Both the position numbers and the translations under genes were made by a program. Shown here piece by piece: positions 1-11,204 of a stretch of 64,000 nucleotides of DNA. Source of the DNA: Nitrospirales bacterium (lineage in GTDB: Bacteria > Nitrospirota > Nitrospiria > Nitrospirales > UBA8639); NCBI GenBank assembly GCA_965203295.1, contig CBDBCZ010000019.1:1248001-1312000 (forward strand), given 5' to 3'. The notes beneath the pieces are model-generated. The model was not told the origin of the DNA and searched no databases. It saw only the letters and a list, made by a program, of their open reading frames with translations. Position 1 is the first letter of the stretch, and the number at the start of each line of letters is the position of its first letter.

Positions 1-334
1 CATCCTCCCACCAAAGATTCCATCCTCCGCCAATCCCCATGTGGTTGGGGACGATATCCAAGATCTGACCCATGTGATGTTCTTGGAGTGCCTGGACAAA
101 GGTTTGATAATCTGTTTCTGAGCCAAGCTCTGGATTGAGTATGGTGGGATCGACCACATCGTAACCATGTGGGCTGCTGGGCATGGCTCTCAGATACGGA
201 GAGGCATAACAATCTGTAATGCCAAGATCACAAAGATAAGACACTAAGCCTGCGGCGTCTCGGAAGGTGAAAGATTGATTGAATTGGAGACGATACGTGG
301 AAAGAGGAATACGATATTGGACTTGGTGTTCCAT
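1..334 (-). CDS. treY: malto-oligosyltrehalose synthase, N-terminal part (runs off the window edge)
   Basis: Manual translation from ATG at 334: MEHQVQYRIPLSTYRLQFN...YASPYL...HGYDVVDP...ILDIVPNHMG, typical TreY N-terminal motifs. Lies in the treZ/glg cluster. Not in the ORF track. Confidence 0.9.
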   Translation of the reverse strand, partial: MEHQVQYRIPLSTYRLQFNQSFTFRDAAGLVSYLCDLGITDCYASPYLRAMPSSPHGYDVVDPTILNPELGSETDYQTFVQALQEHHMGQILDIVPNHMGIGGGWNLWWED

Positions 335-420
335 ACGGGACTATTCAATGACCGATCAATCAGATCCGCAAAAAGGGGATTTCTAGATGGAAGGAATGGT
401 CAACTCTGGAGAGAAAACAT

Positions 421-1671
421 CTAACCCAAGGACGAATGGTCCACAGCCCGACCGCCAAAAGACTGTCCCCTTGGTAAAACGATAATCCCACCTTTGCTAG
501 GAGTGGGTCGGGTCGGCTCATCCTTTTGGTCATACCCCAATGTTGTCCCTTCAGTGATGATGTTGAATCGGTCTGCAATAACCCGCTTCAGCCGAGTCTT
601 GGGGCCGACGATAGTCCCGTCTAAAATGACACATTCGTCAATATGAGCGCCTTCACCGATCTTGACATTTCGGCCAATGACTGAACGGCGAATAGTGGCA
701 TCCACGACCAAGCTCCCTTGACCGACCATCGTATTATCAAGCTGGGAACGAACGAGACTCGCGACAGGTTCCCTGGAGGTATCTGTCATGATTGGCCAAT
801 TGACATTTCGTAGATCAAAAATTGGGCGTTCACCCAGAATGTCCATATTGGCTTCCCAATAGGCTTCCAACGTCCCTACATCCCGCCAGTATCCCCATTC
901 CTCATAAGGATGGACTCCTGGTACGACATTATCGTGAAAGTTGTAAGCCAAAACACGATGTGTTTTGACGAGCGCAGGAAGTATGTCTCGGCCAAAATCA
1001 TGAGTCCCTGGTTCCTTGGCGTCTTGCTCGAGTGTTCGCATGAGGGTATCAACATTGAAAATATAATTTCCCATTGAAGAGTAGGCCATCTTCGGATTTC
1101 CAGGCACAGATTTGGGTTGTTTGGGTTTTTCCTCAAAGCCAACAATAACCTGTTCTGCGTTCGCTTCAATAATGCCGAATCCCCTGGCTGCCTGCAGAGG
1201 GACGGGAAGGGCGGTCACTGTCACATCCGCCCGATGATCAAGATGAAATTGAATCATTTGCCGGATATCCATCCGGTAAATATGGTCAGCCCCGAATACT
1301 GCAACAAGATTGGGAGCAAAATCATAAATGATATTGAGATTTTGATACACGGCGTCTGCAGTCCCTTCGTACCATTTCCCTCGACCCTTCATTTGTGGAG
1401 GAACGACCGTGATGAATGTCTGCCGATTCGGGCCTCCGGTCCGCCACGCTCGTCGGAGGTGTTCAATCAGTGATTGGGATCGATATTGGACAAGGACGTA
1501 CATCGCTAGGACACCGGAATTGAGGAAATTGCTCAGAACAAAATCCACAATACGGTATGTCCCAGCAAATGGGACAGCCGGCTTGCTTCGCAGCTCGGTT
1601 AATGGCATTAATCGTTCGCCTTTACCACCAGCCATGATCATCGCTAAGACACGTTGTGGGGTGCGTTCCAT
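421..1671 (-). CDS. glgC: glucose-1-phosphate adenylyltransferase
   Basis: AGGKGERLMPLT..RSKPAVPF, GTADAV and YWRDVGT motifs. Likely start MERTPQ at 1671 with an upstream GAAGGAG; the ORF extends to 1773. Confidence 0.95.
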   Translation of the reverse strand: MERTPQRVLAMIMAGGKGERLMPLTELRSKPAVPFAGTYRIVDFVLSNFLNSGVLAMYVLVQYRSQSLIEHLRRAWRTGGPNRQTFITVVPPQMKGRGKWYEGTADAVYQNLNIIYDFAPNLVAVFGADHIYRMDIRQMIQFHLDHRADVTVTALPVPLQAARGFGIIEANAEQVIVGFEEKPKQPKSVPGNPKMAYSSMGNYIFNVDTLMRTLEQDAKEPGTHDFGRDILPALVKTHRVLAYNFHDNVVPGVHPYEEWGYWRDVGTLEAYWEANMDILGERPIFDLRNVNWPIMTDTSREPVASLVRSQLDNTMVGQGSLVVDATIRRSVIGRNVKIGEGAHIDECVILDGTIVGPKTRLKRVIADRFNIITEGTTLGYDQKDEPTRPTPSKGGIIVLPRGQSFGGRAVDHSSLG

Positions 1672-1823
1672 GGTGAATCTGCTCCTTCCGACTACGTCGG
1701 ATTCCCGGGGATGCGGATTGATACCCCACGCAGCATAAGCCTTGAGGTATGCGAAGGGCGATTTCGATGACAAGGATGATAATGACGAATTGAGAGAAAA
1801 ATATGGCTATCCATCTTGATCAG

Positions 1824-2099
1824 TTATTTGGGTGGTTGCACGTTTTCTGTGAGAGCATGTTCCAATTCAGAAATTCGCTTTTGCAGTTGGGCGATTTGAC
1901 GGGCTTTCTTTAGTCGCGACGGCATGGAAGCCAATAAGTGAATCAGGACTCCTAAAAATAAGGTCGTCAAAAGAACTAAAACTAACGAACCCTCAAACGT
2001 CCATTTAAAAAATTGAATGGTGATCGGTATGGCATTCTGAAGAGAGAACGCAACTGCTAGAAAGACAATGATCAGTGCCGCGATGAGTGAAAAGGGCAT
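1824..2099 (-). CDS. LapA/DUF1049-family small membrane protein
   Basis: Two TM segments, FSLQN motif and C-terminal coiled coil. Confidence 0.75.
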   Translation of the reverse strand: MPFSLIAALIIVFLAVAFSLQNAIPITIQFFKWTFEGSLVLVLLTTLFLGVLIHLLASMPSRLKKARQIAQLQKRISELEHALTENVQPPK

Positions 2100-2165
2100 A
2101 TTGAAGGTCTATGATACCGGTACCCTTGCCTGTCAGAGATAATGAATAGTATATACTACTTCACG

Positions 2166-4366
2166 ATGTCGGTACACCCTGAGAAAATTAAACGGTTAGT
2201 GAAAGGTCAAGAATGGGATCCCTTCTCCATGCCTTGGTCCGCATTGTCTCGCCAAAGATAAAAACGCCAGCTATGTCGTGAGGGCTTTTCTCCCTGAAGC
2301 CTTGGCGGCTGAAATGGTTATCACTCATCAACCAGCTTCTTCTATCCCAATGCATTCGTTGGATTCCAGCGGCTTTTTTGAGGCTTCCTGTCCGCAGGAT
2401 ATGAGGCACATAGAATATTGGATTCGAATGACAGACAGAGAGGGAAAGATACGAGAACAGTATGATCCGTATGCTTTTCTCTCTTTTCTCAGTGACTATG
2501 ATCTTCACCTGTTCGCAGAAGGTCGATTTTATAAGGCTTATGAAAAGCTTGGTGCGCATGTCGTCATCAAGAGAGGGATCAAGGGGGTCAGCTTTGCTGT
2601 CTGGGCTCCCAATGCCATCCGGATAGGGGTCGTTGGGAATTTCAATGATTGGGATGGCCGACGCCATCCCATGCAAAGTCGAGGCGGAACCGGCCTCTGG
2701 GAATTATTTATCCCAGAATTGGGTGAAGGCGAGATCTATAAATATGAAATTCTGCCGCGAGATAGTGATGTGTGCTTGCTCAAGGCCGACCCCTATGCAA
2801 CATGGAGTGAGCTTCGCCCTCGTACAGCTTCCGTGGTCAGGAATGTTGATCGCTATTCCTGGAATGATCAAGCATGGATGGATTCACGACGGAAACGTGA
2901 TCCCTTAACGCAGCCCTTGTCTATTTATGAAGTGCATTTAGGCTCTTGGCGACGGATACTGGAAGAAGGAGACCGGTGGCTGACCTATCAGGAATTAGCC
3001 CACGTGTTGGTGCCATACGTCAAAGAAATAGGATTTTCTCACATTGAATTGTTGCCGGTGGCTGAGCACCCCTTTGATGGATCATGGGGATACCAATCCA
3101 CAGAGTATTTCGCGCCGACTAGTCGATTTGGCATTCCAGAAGATTTTATGGCTTTGGTGGATGCCTGTCATCAAGCAGGGATCGGGGTCATTATGGATTG
3201 GGCACCGGCTCATTTCCCTGATGATCCTCATGGATTGGCCTGGTTTGATGGCACGCATTTATTCGATCATCAAGACCCTCGCCGTGGTTTTCATCCTGAA
3301 TGGAAAAGCCGGATTTTTAATTATGGAAGAATAGAGGTCAGAAACTTTTTGATTAATAGCGCCTTGGTGTGGCTTGATCGTTACCACATTGATGGATTGC
3401 GGGTGGATGCTGTGGCCTCCATGCTGTACCTGGATTATGCGAGAACTCCTGGAGAATGCGTCCCCAACCAATTTGGGGGGAATGAAAATTTAGCAGCCGT
3501 TGAATTCCTGAAAGAATTAAATGTCGTGGTCCATCAAGAATATCCAGGGGTGATGACATTGGCTGAAGAATCGACAGCCTGGGGGGGGGTATCCAAACCA
3601 ACCTATGTTGGAGGCCTTGGTTTTACCTTCAAATGGAATATGGGGTGGATGCATGACACGCTCGAGTATTTTCAGCTCGATCCCGTGCATCGGAAATACC
3701 ATCAACATAAATTGACGTTCAGTCTCATGTATGACTTTACGGAAAATTTTGTGCTCGTCCTGTCGCATGACGAAGTCGTGCATGGCAAAAAATCTTTGCT
3801 CGATAAAATGCCAGGTGATACATGGCAACGGTTTGCCAACCTTCGTGCCCTGCTGGGACATATGTACGCCCATCCAGGGAAAAAGATGTTATTTATGGGA
3901 AGTGAATTCGGACAGTGGTGGGAATGGAATCATGAAGAAAGCCTACAGTGGCACCTTCTCGAACATTTGGAACATCAAGGGCTTCAGCGCTATCTCAAGG
4001 ACCTCAATCGGATTTACACCGCAGAACCAGCCTTGTACCAACTCGATTTTGATTGGCCGAGTTTTGAGTGGATTGATCTTCATGACAACGAGCAATCTGT
4101 TCTAAACGTATATCCGTTGGGCGAACGATCGGGAAGACTTTCTGATTTGTGCGTTGAACCTCACCCCTGTTCTCCGCGAAGGCTACCGTATGGGCGTCCC
4201 CAGAGCAGGATGGTACCGGGAGCTCATCAACAGCGATGCCGCAATCTATGGGGGCAGCAACATGGGAAATCAGGGCGGTGTGCTTGCTGAAGAACAAGGT
4301 AAACCCTATTCAATCGTGCTCACCTTACCACCGTTATCAGCGTTGTTTATAAGAGTCCAAGATTGA
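2166..4366 (+). pseudogene. glgB: 1,4-alpha-glucan branching enzyme with two +1 frameshifts (~2232 and ~4105)
   Basis: MSVHPEKIKRLVKGQEWDPFSM shifts to LGPH..VRAFLP. The core has WGYQ, DGLRVDAVASMLY and SHDEVVHGK. EQSVL then shifts to TYIRW..NLTPV..LTLPPLS, ending at 4366. Confidence 0.9.
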
Positions 4367-4413
4367 AAATGTTCCTTCCTAATTAACTGTTTGTGGCTCA
4401 TCATCCTTTTCCC

Positions 4414-4446
4414 CGTCATTCCCGCGGTAGTCAGCGGGAATCCAGG
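4414..4446 (+). repeat. CGTC-type REP-like palindrome
   Basis: CGTCATTCCCGC-GGTAGTCA-GCGGGAATCCAGG. Related copies at 45508-45538, 45555-45584 (reverse) and 12512-12545 (reverse, degenerate). Confidence 0.7.
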
Positions 4447-4705
4447 TGTATGTTTTTTTAAGCGGGGTTTCTCCCCAGCGCGATGAGGCCCTTTTGTTTC
4501 GGCAAAATGACCAAAAACCATGTCGCTCCTGCGCAGTTCTTCGGATTTCCTGCGAGGCACGCCTCATCCGGCGGCTTTGGAACTCGCACCACAGGTGCTC
4601 ACACAGTCCTCGCCCTGTTTCTGGATTCGGCCACGTAGAAGGCGACTAACTTCTTCACTGTCTCACACCTCTGTTGAGTAGGAAAAGGACGTGGTAGGAC
4701 TTTAC

Positions 4706-4848
4706 TCTCCTTCGCCAGAATGCCCCACCCGAAAGGGTGGGGATGAATGGCGAGGAGAGCCCTCCGAAGCCTTGGCGAAGGAGGGCTGATCGTTTCGGAG
4801 AGTTCCCAATAGAAAAGAAGCCCCGTGCAGGAGCGCGGAGAGCTTCAC
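4706..4848 (+). mobile_element. non-autonomous IS200/IS605-like miniature element (PATE-like)
   Basis: Preceded by TTAC. Left hairpin CCCCACCC-GAAA-GGGTGGGG, internal hairpin GCCCTCC..GGAGGGC, and right end GAAGCCCCGTGC-AGGA-GCGCGGAGAGCTTCAC. No transposase ORF. Confidence 0.6.
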
Positions 4849-4954
4849 TTTGTTTTTCTTTGGAATTGGTAGGGACCTAATCCCGTCCAAAGCAAATCTG
4901 AATATATAAGGAGTGAGATAGGGTTAGAGGAAGAAGCTTTTTAAGGGAAGTTCG

Positions 4955-6844
4955 TTATGTTTCTTGAGTGTAGATCACTGCTGAGTAGGAAGGGAGGTTG
5001 ATTGTGAGCCCGTTGGGAGTAATGTCGAGAGTTGATGGTGAAAGAATCGTCTCTGTGCTTGCGAATTCTGAGGTATGACTATCTAAGCGTTTGTGCCATT
5101 TGCCAAGGGGTTTGGTTAATCGAAGCGTAGTCGGGTCAGAATTTAATCCATACAGGATGAGTGCAGACGGACCTGATTGTGCGGTCCGAACAACGGCCAA
5201 GGCTTTGGATGTTCGGAAAGTCTGAATTTTCACTTGAGATTGTTTTTGAGTCACCCCAAGCGCGGGTATGGTCTTACGAAGGGTCAGAAGTTGTTTGTAC
5301 CACTGGAACAATCCCCGTTGTTGCGGGTCTTCGTCGAGTTTTGGTTGAAGCCGAGATTTGGTAAACGTCTCGATTTCGTAAGGGTCGGGAACATCCTTCC
5401 ATCCAAATGATCGAAATTCGGCCAATCGACCTTGCCGAACCGCTTCGATGAGTGCTGTATCTCCGTGATCAATGAAATAGAGGAAAGGTGCGGTTTCTCC
5501 ATATTCCTCTCCCATAAATAACAGTGGAATAGAGGGCGACAACAGAACCATGCCTGCGGCGACTTTGATCGCTTCAAATGTAACAAGCGTGCTTAAGCGG
5601 TCCCCTTTGGCACGGTTGCCTATTTGATCGTGGTTTTGGCTATACACCACGAATTGAGATGGGAGACAAGATTTGGCTGAATTACCGTGTCGTCTTCGAC
5701 GATGTTGGGAATACTCTCCGGTATACACGAAGTGGTTTTGTATGGCGGTGGCGAGTTGGGTGAGTTTGCCAAAATCCGCATAGTATCCCTTATCTTCTCC
5801 GGTCAGGACTGTATGGAGTGCATGATGAAAATCATCGTTCCATTGGCCGTCTAACCCATACCCGCCTTTTCCGATTGGAGAAATGATCCGTGAATCGTTC
5901 AGATCACTTTCGGCGATTAAGGATACCTTTCGACCCAGTCGATGCTCTTCTGCACGAATGATCTCTCCGATCTCTTGAAGGATGTGCTTGGCACTAAAAT
6001 CAAATATTCCGTGAATCGCATCGAGTCGAAGGGCATCAACATGGTACTCCCGAATCCAATGCACAGCATTGCTAATGATAAAATGTCGTATGGCATCACT
6101 CTCAGGTCCATCATAGTTGATGGCTTCACCCCATGGAGTTGGGTACCGATGGGTAAAATATGGTCCGAAGTCTCCTAAATAATTGCCCTCTGGCCCAAGA
6201 TGGTTGTAGACTACATCTATGACGACGGCGAGTCCATGCTGGTGAGCAGCATCAATGAGCCGTTTCAGTCCATCAGGACCACCGTAATTTGTTTGAGGGG
6301 CAAAAAGGTAGGTGCCGTCGTATCCCCAGTTTCGTGTGCCTGGGCACTGGGCAACAGGCATGAGTTCTAGGGCGGTAATCCCCAACTCTTCGGCCAAATA
6401 CGGAAGGCGAGGAATCATAGCTTCAAAGGTTCCCTCAGGGGTAAACGTTCCTGTATGGACTTCGTAAATGATAAATTGGTTTAAAGGAAGCCCTTTCCAA
6501 TTCCGATCGGTCCATTGAAAATTTTCAGGATCAATAATTTGTGAGGCGTCATGAACGCTGTCAGGTTGAGAACGTGAGGCAGGATCTGGGCGTTCTGTTT
6601 TGCCATTTAACACATAGAAATATTTGACTCCTGGATTGAGGGCTTCCACCACTGTTTCCCAGTATCCTCCAGGGTGTTGCTGAAGGGGAATATCATTTCC
6701 TGTATGGTTGAGGATTCGGACTGCGACGGTATTGGCTTTGGGTGCCCATACCCGGAACCGGACAGAAGTGGGGCTGACGATAGTGGCTCCAAGGTCTAAT
6801 TCCCACATTTTGGTTTTTGATTTTCGAGCGGGCAGGGATGTCAT
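4955..6844 (-). CDS. treZ: malto-oligosyltrehalose trehalohydrolase
   Basis: FRVWAP, PDPASR, WGYDG, DVVYNHLGPEGNY, LRLDAIH and QNHDQIGNRA motifs. Confidence 0.95.
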   Translation of the reverse strand: MTSLPARKSKTKMWELDLGATIVSPTSVRFRVWAPKANTVAVRILNHTGNDIPLQQHPGGYWETVVEALNPGVKYFYVLNGKTERPDPASRSQPDSVHDASQIIDPENFQWTDRNWKGLPLNQFIIYEVHTGTFTPEGTFEAMIPRLPYLAEELGITALELMPVAQCPGTRNWGYDGTYLFAPQTNYGGPDGLKRLIDAAHQHGLAVVIDVVYNHLGPEGNYLGDFGPYFTHRYPTPWGEAINYDGPESDAIRHFIISNAVHWIREYHVDALRLDAIHGIFDFSAKHILQEIGEIIRAEEHRLGRKVSLIAESDLNDSRIISPIGKGGYGLDGQWNDDFHHALHTVLTGEDKGYYADFGKLTQLATAIQNHFVYTGEYSQHRRRRHGNSAKSCLPSQFVVYSQNHDQIGNRAKGDRLSTLVTFEAIKVAAGMVLLSPSIPLLFMGEEYGETAPFLYFIDHGDTALIEAVRQGRLAEFRSFGWKDVPDPYEIETFTKSRLQPKLDEDPQQRGLFQWYKQLLTLRKTIPALGVTQKQSQVKIQTFRTSKALAVVRTAQSGPSALILYGLNSDPTTLRLTKPLGKWHKRLDSHTSEFASTETILSPSTLDITPNGLTINLPSYSAVIYTQET

Positions 6845-7110
6845 TCTAGATACTTGTTGGAAGGAAGAGAGCTGTCATTGACAAGAAGTTGGATCATAAA
6901 AATTCCAAGTGCCAAGAGCAAGTCTTTTCATAAGCCTCTGGGCAGAGTGGAAGAAAAAAAATTGCGCATCCCTATCTGAACTGGTCAAAATTGCCACATT
7001 TTATGGACTACGCTACACTGAAGGCTGTTGAAAAACGCTAAACTTCCCAACATCCTGCTATGAAGGTATTTTCCTTCCTAATCATCCATGAACAAGAGAG
7101 GAGTTGAGGG

Positions 7111-9252
7111 ATGAAACTTTGGCCTGGCCGTCCCTATCCACAAGGGGCCACGTGGGATGGAGAAGGGGTCAATTTCGCCTTGTTCTCGGAGAATGCCACG
7201 GCGGTAGATCTCTGTCTTTTTGATCAGAAGAATCCAAGTAAGGAAAATCATCGCATCCGGATGGAAGAACGAACGGATCAAGTATGGCATGTTTATCTTC
7301 CTGAAATTCGTCCAGGGCAAATGTATGGATATCGAGTGGATGGTCCCTATGAACCAGAAATTGGTCATCGATTTAATGCGAATAAGCTATTGATCGATCC
7401 CTTCGCAAAGGCGTTGACCGGGATTGTGAAATGGTCAGATGCGATATTTGGGTATCGGATTGGAGATCCCTTAGAAGACCTATCCTTCGATAAGCGCGAT
7501 AATGCCGAAAATGTTCCTAAATGCGTGGTAGTGGATCAAGCCTTTACGTGGGGCGGAGATCGCCTTCTAAACACACCTTGGAATAGGACGGTTATTTATG
7601 AAGTGCATGTCAAAAGTTTCTCGATTCGGCATCCTGATGTCCCTGAAGCCTTAAGAGGGACCTATGCAGGTTTGGCGTCGCCTCCTATTATTGATTACCT
7701 CCAGTCACTTGGGGTGACTGCAGTGGAGTTGCTTCCGGTCCATCATTTCATCAATGACAAACATCTTCAGGAACGAGGACTGACAAATTACTGGGGGTAC
7801 AATTCCATTGGGTTTTTTGCTCCGGATATCCGATATGCGGCCTTTCCACAAGATGGTCGGAAGGTCTATGAGTTTAAAACTATGGTGAAAACGCTCCATA
7901 GCGCCGGAATCGAGGTTATCCTTGACGTGGTCTACAATCATACCGGTGAAGGAAATCAACTGGGCCCAACCATGTCGTTTCGAGGGATTGATAATGCCAC
8001 GTATTATCGCTTAATTGCGGAATCGCCTCGATATTATATGGATTATACGGGTTGCGGTAATACTTTAAACGTGCGCCATCCTCGGACGCTCCAGTTGATT
8101 ATGGATAGTTTGTGATACTGGGTGCTGGAAATGCATGTTGATGGATTTCGGTTTGATTTGGCTTCGGCCTTGGCTCGTGAGCTTCATGATGTCGATCGAC
8201 TCAGTTCCTTTTTCGACATTATTCATCAAGATCCGGTTCTGTCACAGGTGAAGTTAATCGCGGAACCTTGGGACCTAGGAGAAGGGGGATATCAAGTCGG
8301 GAATTTTCCACCAGGGTGGGCAGAATGGAATGGGAAGTACCGGGACGCGATTAGAGGCTACTGGAAGGGGAATGGAAGGCTTTTAGGTGAAATGGCCTAC
8401 CGTCTCTCGGGTAGCAGTGATTTGTATGGAGGCAGCGGACGTCAGCCTCATGCCAGCATCAACTTTGTGACAGCTCATGACGGGTTTACTCTTCAGGATT
8501 TGGTGTCCTATAACCACAAGCACAATGAGGCCAACGGAGAAGAAAACCGAGATGGGACGGATGACAACCAAAGTTGGAATTGTGGGGTCGAAGGCCCGAC
8601 TGATGACTTGGCGATAAACGAGATAAGGGAGCGACAAAAACGGAATTTCTTAGCCACTTTGTTATTATCCCAGGGAGTTCCCATGATTTGCGGAGGTGAT
8701 GAGTTGGGAAGGACACAACAGGGTAATAGCAATGCCTATTGCCAGGACAATGAAATCAGTTGGTTCGATTGGAATCTGGACAGAAATCAGCAGCAGTTTC
8801 TCGCTTTTACACGTCAACTGATTCAGCTTCAGCAGGAACATCCTGTGTTTCAGCGGCGTCGTTTTTTTCAAGGACGTCGGATTCTGGGCTCTGAAGTCAA
8901 AGACATCTCCTGGTTGCGGTCTGATGGAAAAGAAATGACCGATGAGGAATGGGATAAAGGTTTTCTGTCATTGGGGCTGCGATTAGCTGGAGATGCGATT
9001 GAAGAAAAAGATGCCAAGGGTCGTCCCATTATGGATGACACATTTCTTTTGTTGCTCAATGCCTATCATGAAGCCGTACCTTTTGTCTTGCTGGCTCACC
9101 GTAAAGGTGTTCGGTGGGAGTTAGTGTTTGATACCGCTCAGGTGACTCCTCCCAAACGCAGATGGCTGTTAAAAGGTGGGGAAACCTATCCCTTGCGTGA
9201 ACGATCGTTCGCGCTATTACGATTGCGAAAAGACTCCGAGAGAAGACTTTGA
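7111..9252 (+). pseudogene. glgX: glycogen debranching enzyme interrupted by in-frame TGA at 8113-8115
   Basis: ORFs 7111-8115 and 8122-9252 share a frame. The conserved MDSLRYWV reads MDSL*YWV (CGA->TGA). Confidence 0.92.
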
Positions 9253-9427
9253 GGGCAAATTTTCTGTATTTTCTCTGCAAGGCGTACTGGAATGGTGTGC
9301 GTATCTATTGTCATTTGAAGAGAGTTCGTTATCCAATAGTTCACGTGTTCATTGAAGATGCCAACCCCATTTGTTAAGCTCGACTTCCACATAAGTTTCT
9401 TTTCAAAACAACACATACGGGGAAGAT

Positions 9428-10987
9428 ATGGCTGGTCTACATCATGCGCTCATCAGTGTGTCGGATAAGACGGGTATCGTGGAAATGGCCAAAGGCTTGG
9501 CTGACCTTGGAATCACGCTTCTCTCAACAGGCGGAACCGCTAAGGCGATACGGGAAGCAGGTCTTTCTGTCCTGGATGTATCAGCCTACACAGGATCTCC
9601 CGAGATTCTTGATGGTCGTGTCAAAACCCTTCATCCCAAAATACATGGTGGCCTTTTAGGACGACGGGACCTGGATTCTCATGTCAAACAAATGGCTGAG
9701 CAGGGGATTGAGCCGATCGACGTCGTGGTGGTGAATCTGTATCCATTTGAGGCGACTATTGGTAAACCAGATTGTTCTCTTGAGGAGGCCATTGAAAATA
9801 TCGATATTGGTGGACCATCCATGCTGAGATCTGCCGCAAAGAACCATCAAGATGTCCTGGTTGTTGTCGATCCTCAAGATTATGGGCGTGTCCTGGATGC
9901 CTTAACGTCAAGGGCGGTTTCTGCTGCTCTTCGTCGTGAACTAGCCAGAAAAGTCTTTGAACATACAGCCCGGTATGATGGACTCATTGCTCATTATCTT
10001 TGTCAACAGGAAGATCGTTCCGATAAGGAAAGTTTTCCCCTGAGCCTGACTTTACAATACGAACGTGCTGAGATTCTCCGGTATGGAGAAAATCCTCATC
10101 AAAAGGGCGCGTTTTATCGAGAGATTGGGCATGGTGGTGAACCTTCTATTTCGCAAGCCAGACAACTTCATGGCAAAGCCATGTCGTTCAATAATTACCT
10201 TGATGCGAATTCAGCTCTTGAATTGGTGAAGGAATTCCAAGAGACAGCGGTCGTCATCATCAAACATAATAATCCCTGCGGTGTGGCGACAGGAGTCTCT
10301 GTTGAGGATGCCTATGTGAAGGCGCGTGAAACGGACCCTGTTTCCGCCTTTGGTGGCGTTATTGCGTGTAATCAGGTCGTCGATCTCGCGATGGCAAAAG
10401 AAGTCACCTCGACCTTTGTGGAGGTCTTGATTGCTCCAGGATTTACCGAGGAGGCTCTTGCCGAATTGAAACGGAAAAAAGATTTGAGACTCTTGGATGT
10501 GGGGGCATTGGACATGACTCAGCGGGAGACCTTGGATCTAAAAAAATTGGTAGGTGGAATAATCCTTCAAGACTGTGACCTTGGGAGCTTGGATGATCTT
10601 GGGAATCTAAAAGTTCCGACTCAACGGCGACCAACTGAAGAGGAATATGCAGCCTGTGGTTTTGCCTGGAAGGTGTGCAAACATGTGAAGTCTAATGCGA
10701 TCGTCTTTGCAAGACTTGGGCAAACTGTCGGTATTGGAGCCGGGCAAATGAGTCGGGTTGACTCTGTGAAGCTTGCCGAGATGAAGGCCAATATTCCTAT
10801 TAAAGAGAGTGTGATGGCTTCCGATGCGTTCTTCCCGTTTCGTGATGGGATTGATGCCGCAGCTCGAGCAGGTGTGACGGCGATCATTCAACCTGGTGGC
10901 TCAATTCGGGATGAAGAAGTGATCAAAGCTGCTGATGAGCACCAGATGACCATGATCATGACTGGCATGAGACATTTCCGGCATTGA
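9428..10987 (+). CDS. purH: AICAR transformylase/IMP cyclohydrolase
   Basis: [26 protein letters not shown] and the TGMRHFRH C-terminus. Confidence 0.98.
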   Translation: MAGLHHALISVSDKTGIVEMAKGLADLGITLLSTGGTAKAIREAGLSVLDVSAYTGSPEILDGRVKTLHPKIHGGLLGRRDLDSHVKQMAEQGIEPIDVVVVNLYPFEATIGKPDCSLEEAIENIDIGGPSMLRSAAKNHQDVLVVVDPQDYGRVLDALTSRAVSAALRRELARKVFEHTARYDGLIAHYLCQQEDRSDKESFPLSLTLQYERAEILRYGENPHQKGAFYREIGHGGEPSISQARQLHGKAMSFNNYLDANSALELVKEFQETAVVIIKHNNPCGVATGVSVEDAYVKARETDPVSAFGGVIACNQVVDLAMAKEVTSTFVEVLIAPGFTEEALAELKRKKDLRLLDVGALDMTQRETLDLKKLVGGIILQDCDLGSLDDLGNLKVPTQRRPTEEEYAACGFAWKVCKHVKSNAIVFARLGQTVGIGAGQMSRVDSVKLAEMKANIPIKESVMASDAFFPFRDGIDAAARAGVTAIIQPGGSIRDEEVIKAADEHQMTMIMTGMRHFRH

Positions 10988-11204
10988 TCAGGTGTGAATG
11001 TCCTCTGTTAGGGTTGATTCTTCCTTGAAATCCCTCCTTCTTCCTATTGGATAACACGCATTACCCATATTAATGGTCTTTTAAGATAAAACCAGAAAAG
11101 GCTCACAAGCTTGGGATTCCAACCTATGCGGTATTCGGAAATCGAATAATCCCAATATTAATTCATGACAGGTGTTAGAAACAGGAGGGAATGGAGAAAA
11201 CCGA

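Noticed and set aside
2166..4366. Programmed frameshifting or phase variation in glgB and other split genes
   Set aside because: No consistent slippery heptamers or long homopolymers, and several genes carry multiple independent lesions.
4306..4890. Short ORFs in the glgB-treZ gap
   Set aside because: They overlap palindromic repeat elements and show no protein-like motifs.
7022..7060. AGGCTGTTGAAAAA...CAACATCCTGCTA, IS-end-like short inverted repeat (similar word near 63551-63573)
   Set aside because: Too short and degenerate to call as an element without genome-wide copies.
9253..9427. ZMP/ZTP riboswitch upstream of purH
   Set aside because: No recognisable pfl-motif consensus by eye; an Infernal scan would be decisive.
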